From a virus (taxonomy: Duplodnaviria > Caudoviricetes): DNA of 42,715 nucleotides. The stretch is from IMG/VR virus record IMGVR_UViG_3300024283_000302, positions 1-42,715 of that record. The stretch is one strand, 5' to 3'. Shown one piece after another: positions 42,430-42,715 of the stretch. The notes beneath the pieces were generated by a model. It saw only the letters and a program-made list of their open reading frames with translations, ran no database searches and was not told where the DNA came from. The translations under genes were made by a program, and so were the position numbers. Positions within the stretch are counted from its first letter, which is position 1. The number at the start of each line of letters is the position of its first letter.

Positions 42430-42669
42430 ATGACTTACATTAACGAACGTTTCCCGCCAGGGAACTTCTACCGCACCCATAAAGTGTGGAACGGAGAAAA
42501 ATACTCGGCCCGGGACCATCTGAGGTGCTTTCTCGGAACGCATGTGCCTGAGTTTCGGTTATTTGGCATTACGAACCATTGTGCGTGTTGCGGGTGGTAT
42601 CACAACACTACGCTGGAACAAAGGCTTCGTTATCTCGGCTTCGTGGTAACGGGCGGGGACGTGTCGTGA
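42430..42669 (+). CDS. Small Cys/His protein
   Basis: AAGGAG RBS; CFLGTH...CACCG. Confidence 0.6.
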   Translation: MTYINERFPPGNFYRTHKVWNGEKYSARDHLRCFLGTHVPEFRLFGITNHCACCGWYHNTTLEQRLRYLGFVVTGGDVS

Positions 42670-42715
42670 TCCACTTCCTCATCACCGCAGCGAGTCTGTA
42701 CGTCACCTTTCTCGG

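Overview
Partial genome of a tailed dsDNA phage with podovirus (P22/T7-like) architecture. No tape-measure, integrase, repressor or replication genes lie in the window. The minus strand (1-30302) carries the late module: SLOG-family protein, candidate TerS, TerL, portal with a Zn-ribbon insert, small head proteins, scaffold, major capsid, four tRNAs (Pro-UGG and three Leu tRNAs lacking the variable arm), GH108 endolysin, adaptor, nozzle, GNAT-like protein, three ejection proteins, an ART-like protein, a fibre and a membrane-protein cassette. Four promoter-bearing morons interrupt it on the opposite strand. A ~700-bp non-coding gap separates it from a divergent + strand early region (31065-end) of about 35 small genes. 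AFG|Q signal peptides, TANNNT -10-only/leaderless promoters and the 7-TM family suggest an Acidobacteriota host (inference). Best leads: (1) an unannotated 34-aa peptide gene coupled to an orphan 7-TM protein between two holin-like genes; (2) fibre proteins with Sec signal peptides; (3) a secreted cationic amphipathic peptide; (4) an orphan HigA toxin-binding domain in a shuffled mosaic protein beside a NADAR-like gene; (5) an SGLxxM motif shared by four small late proteins. All family assignments come from motif recognition by eye, not database searches.
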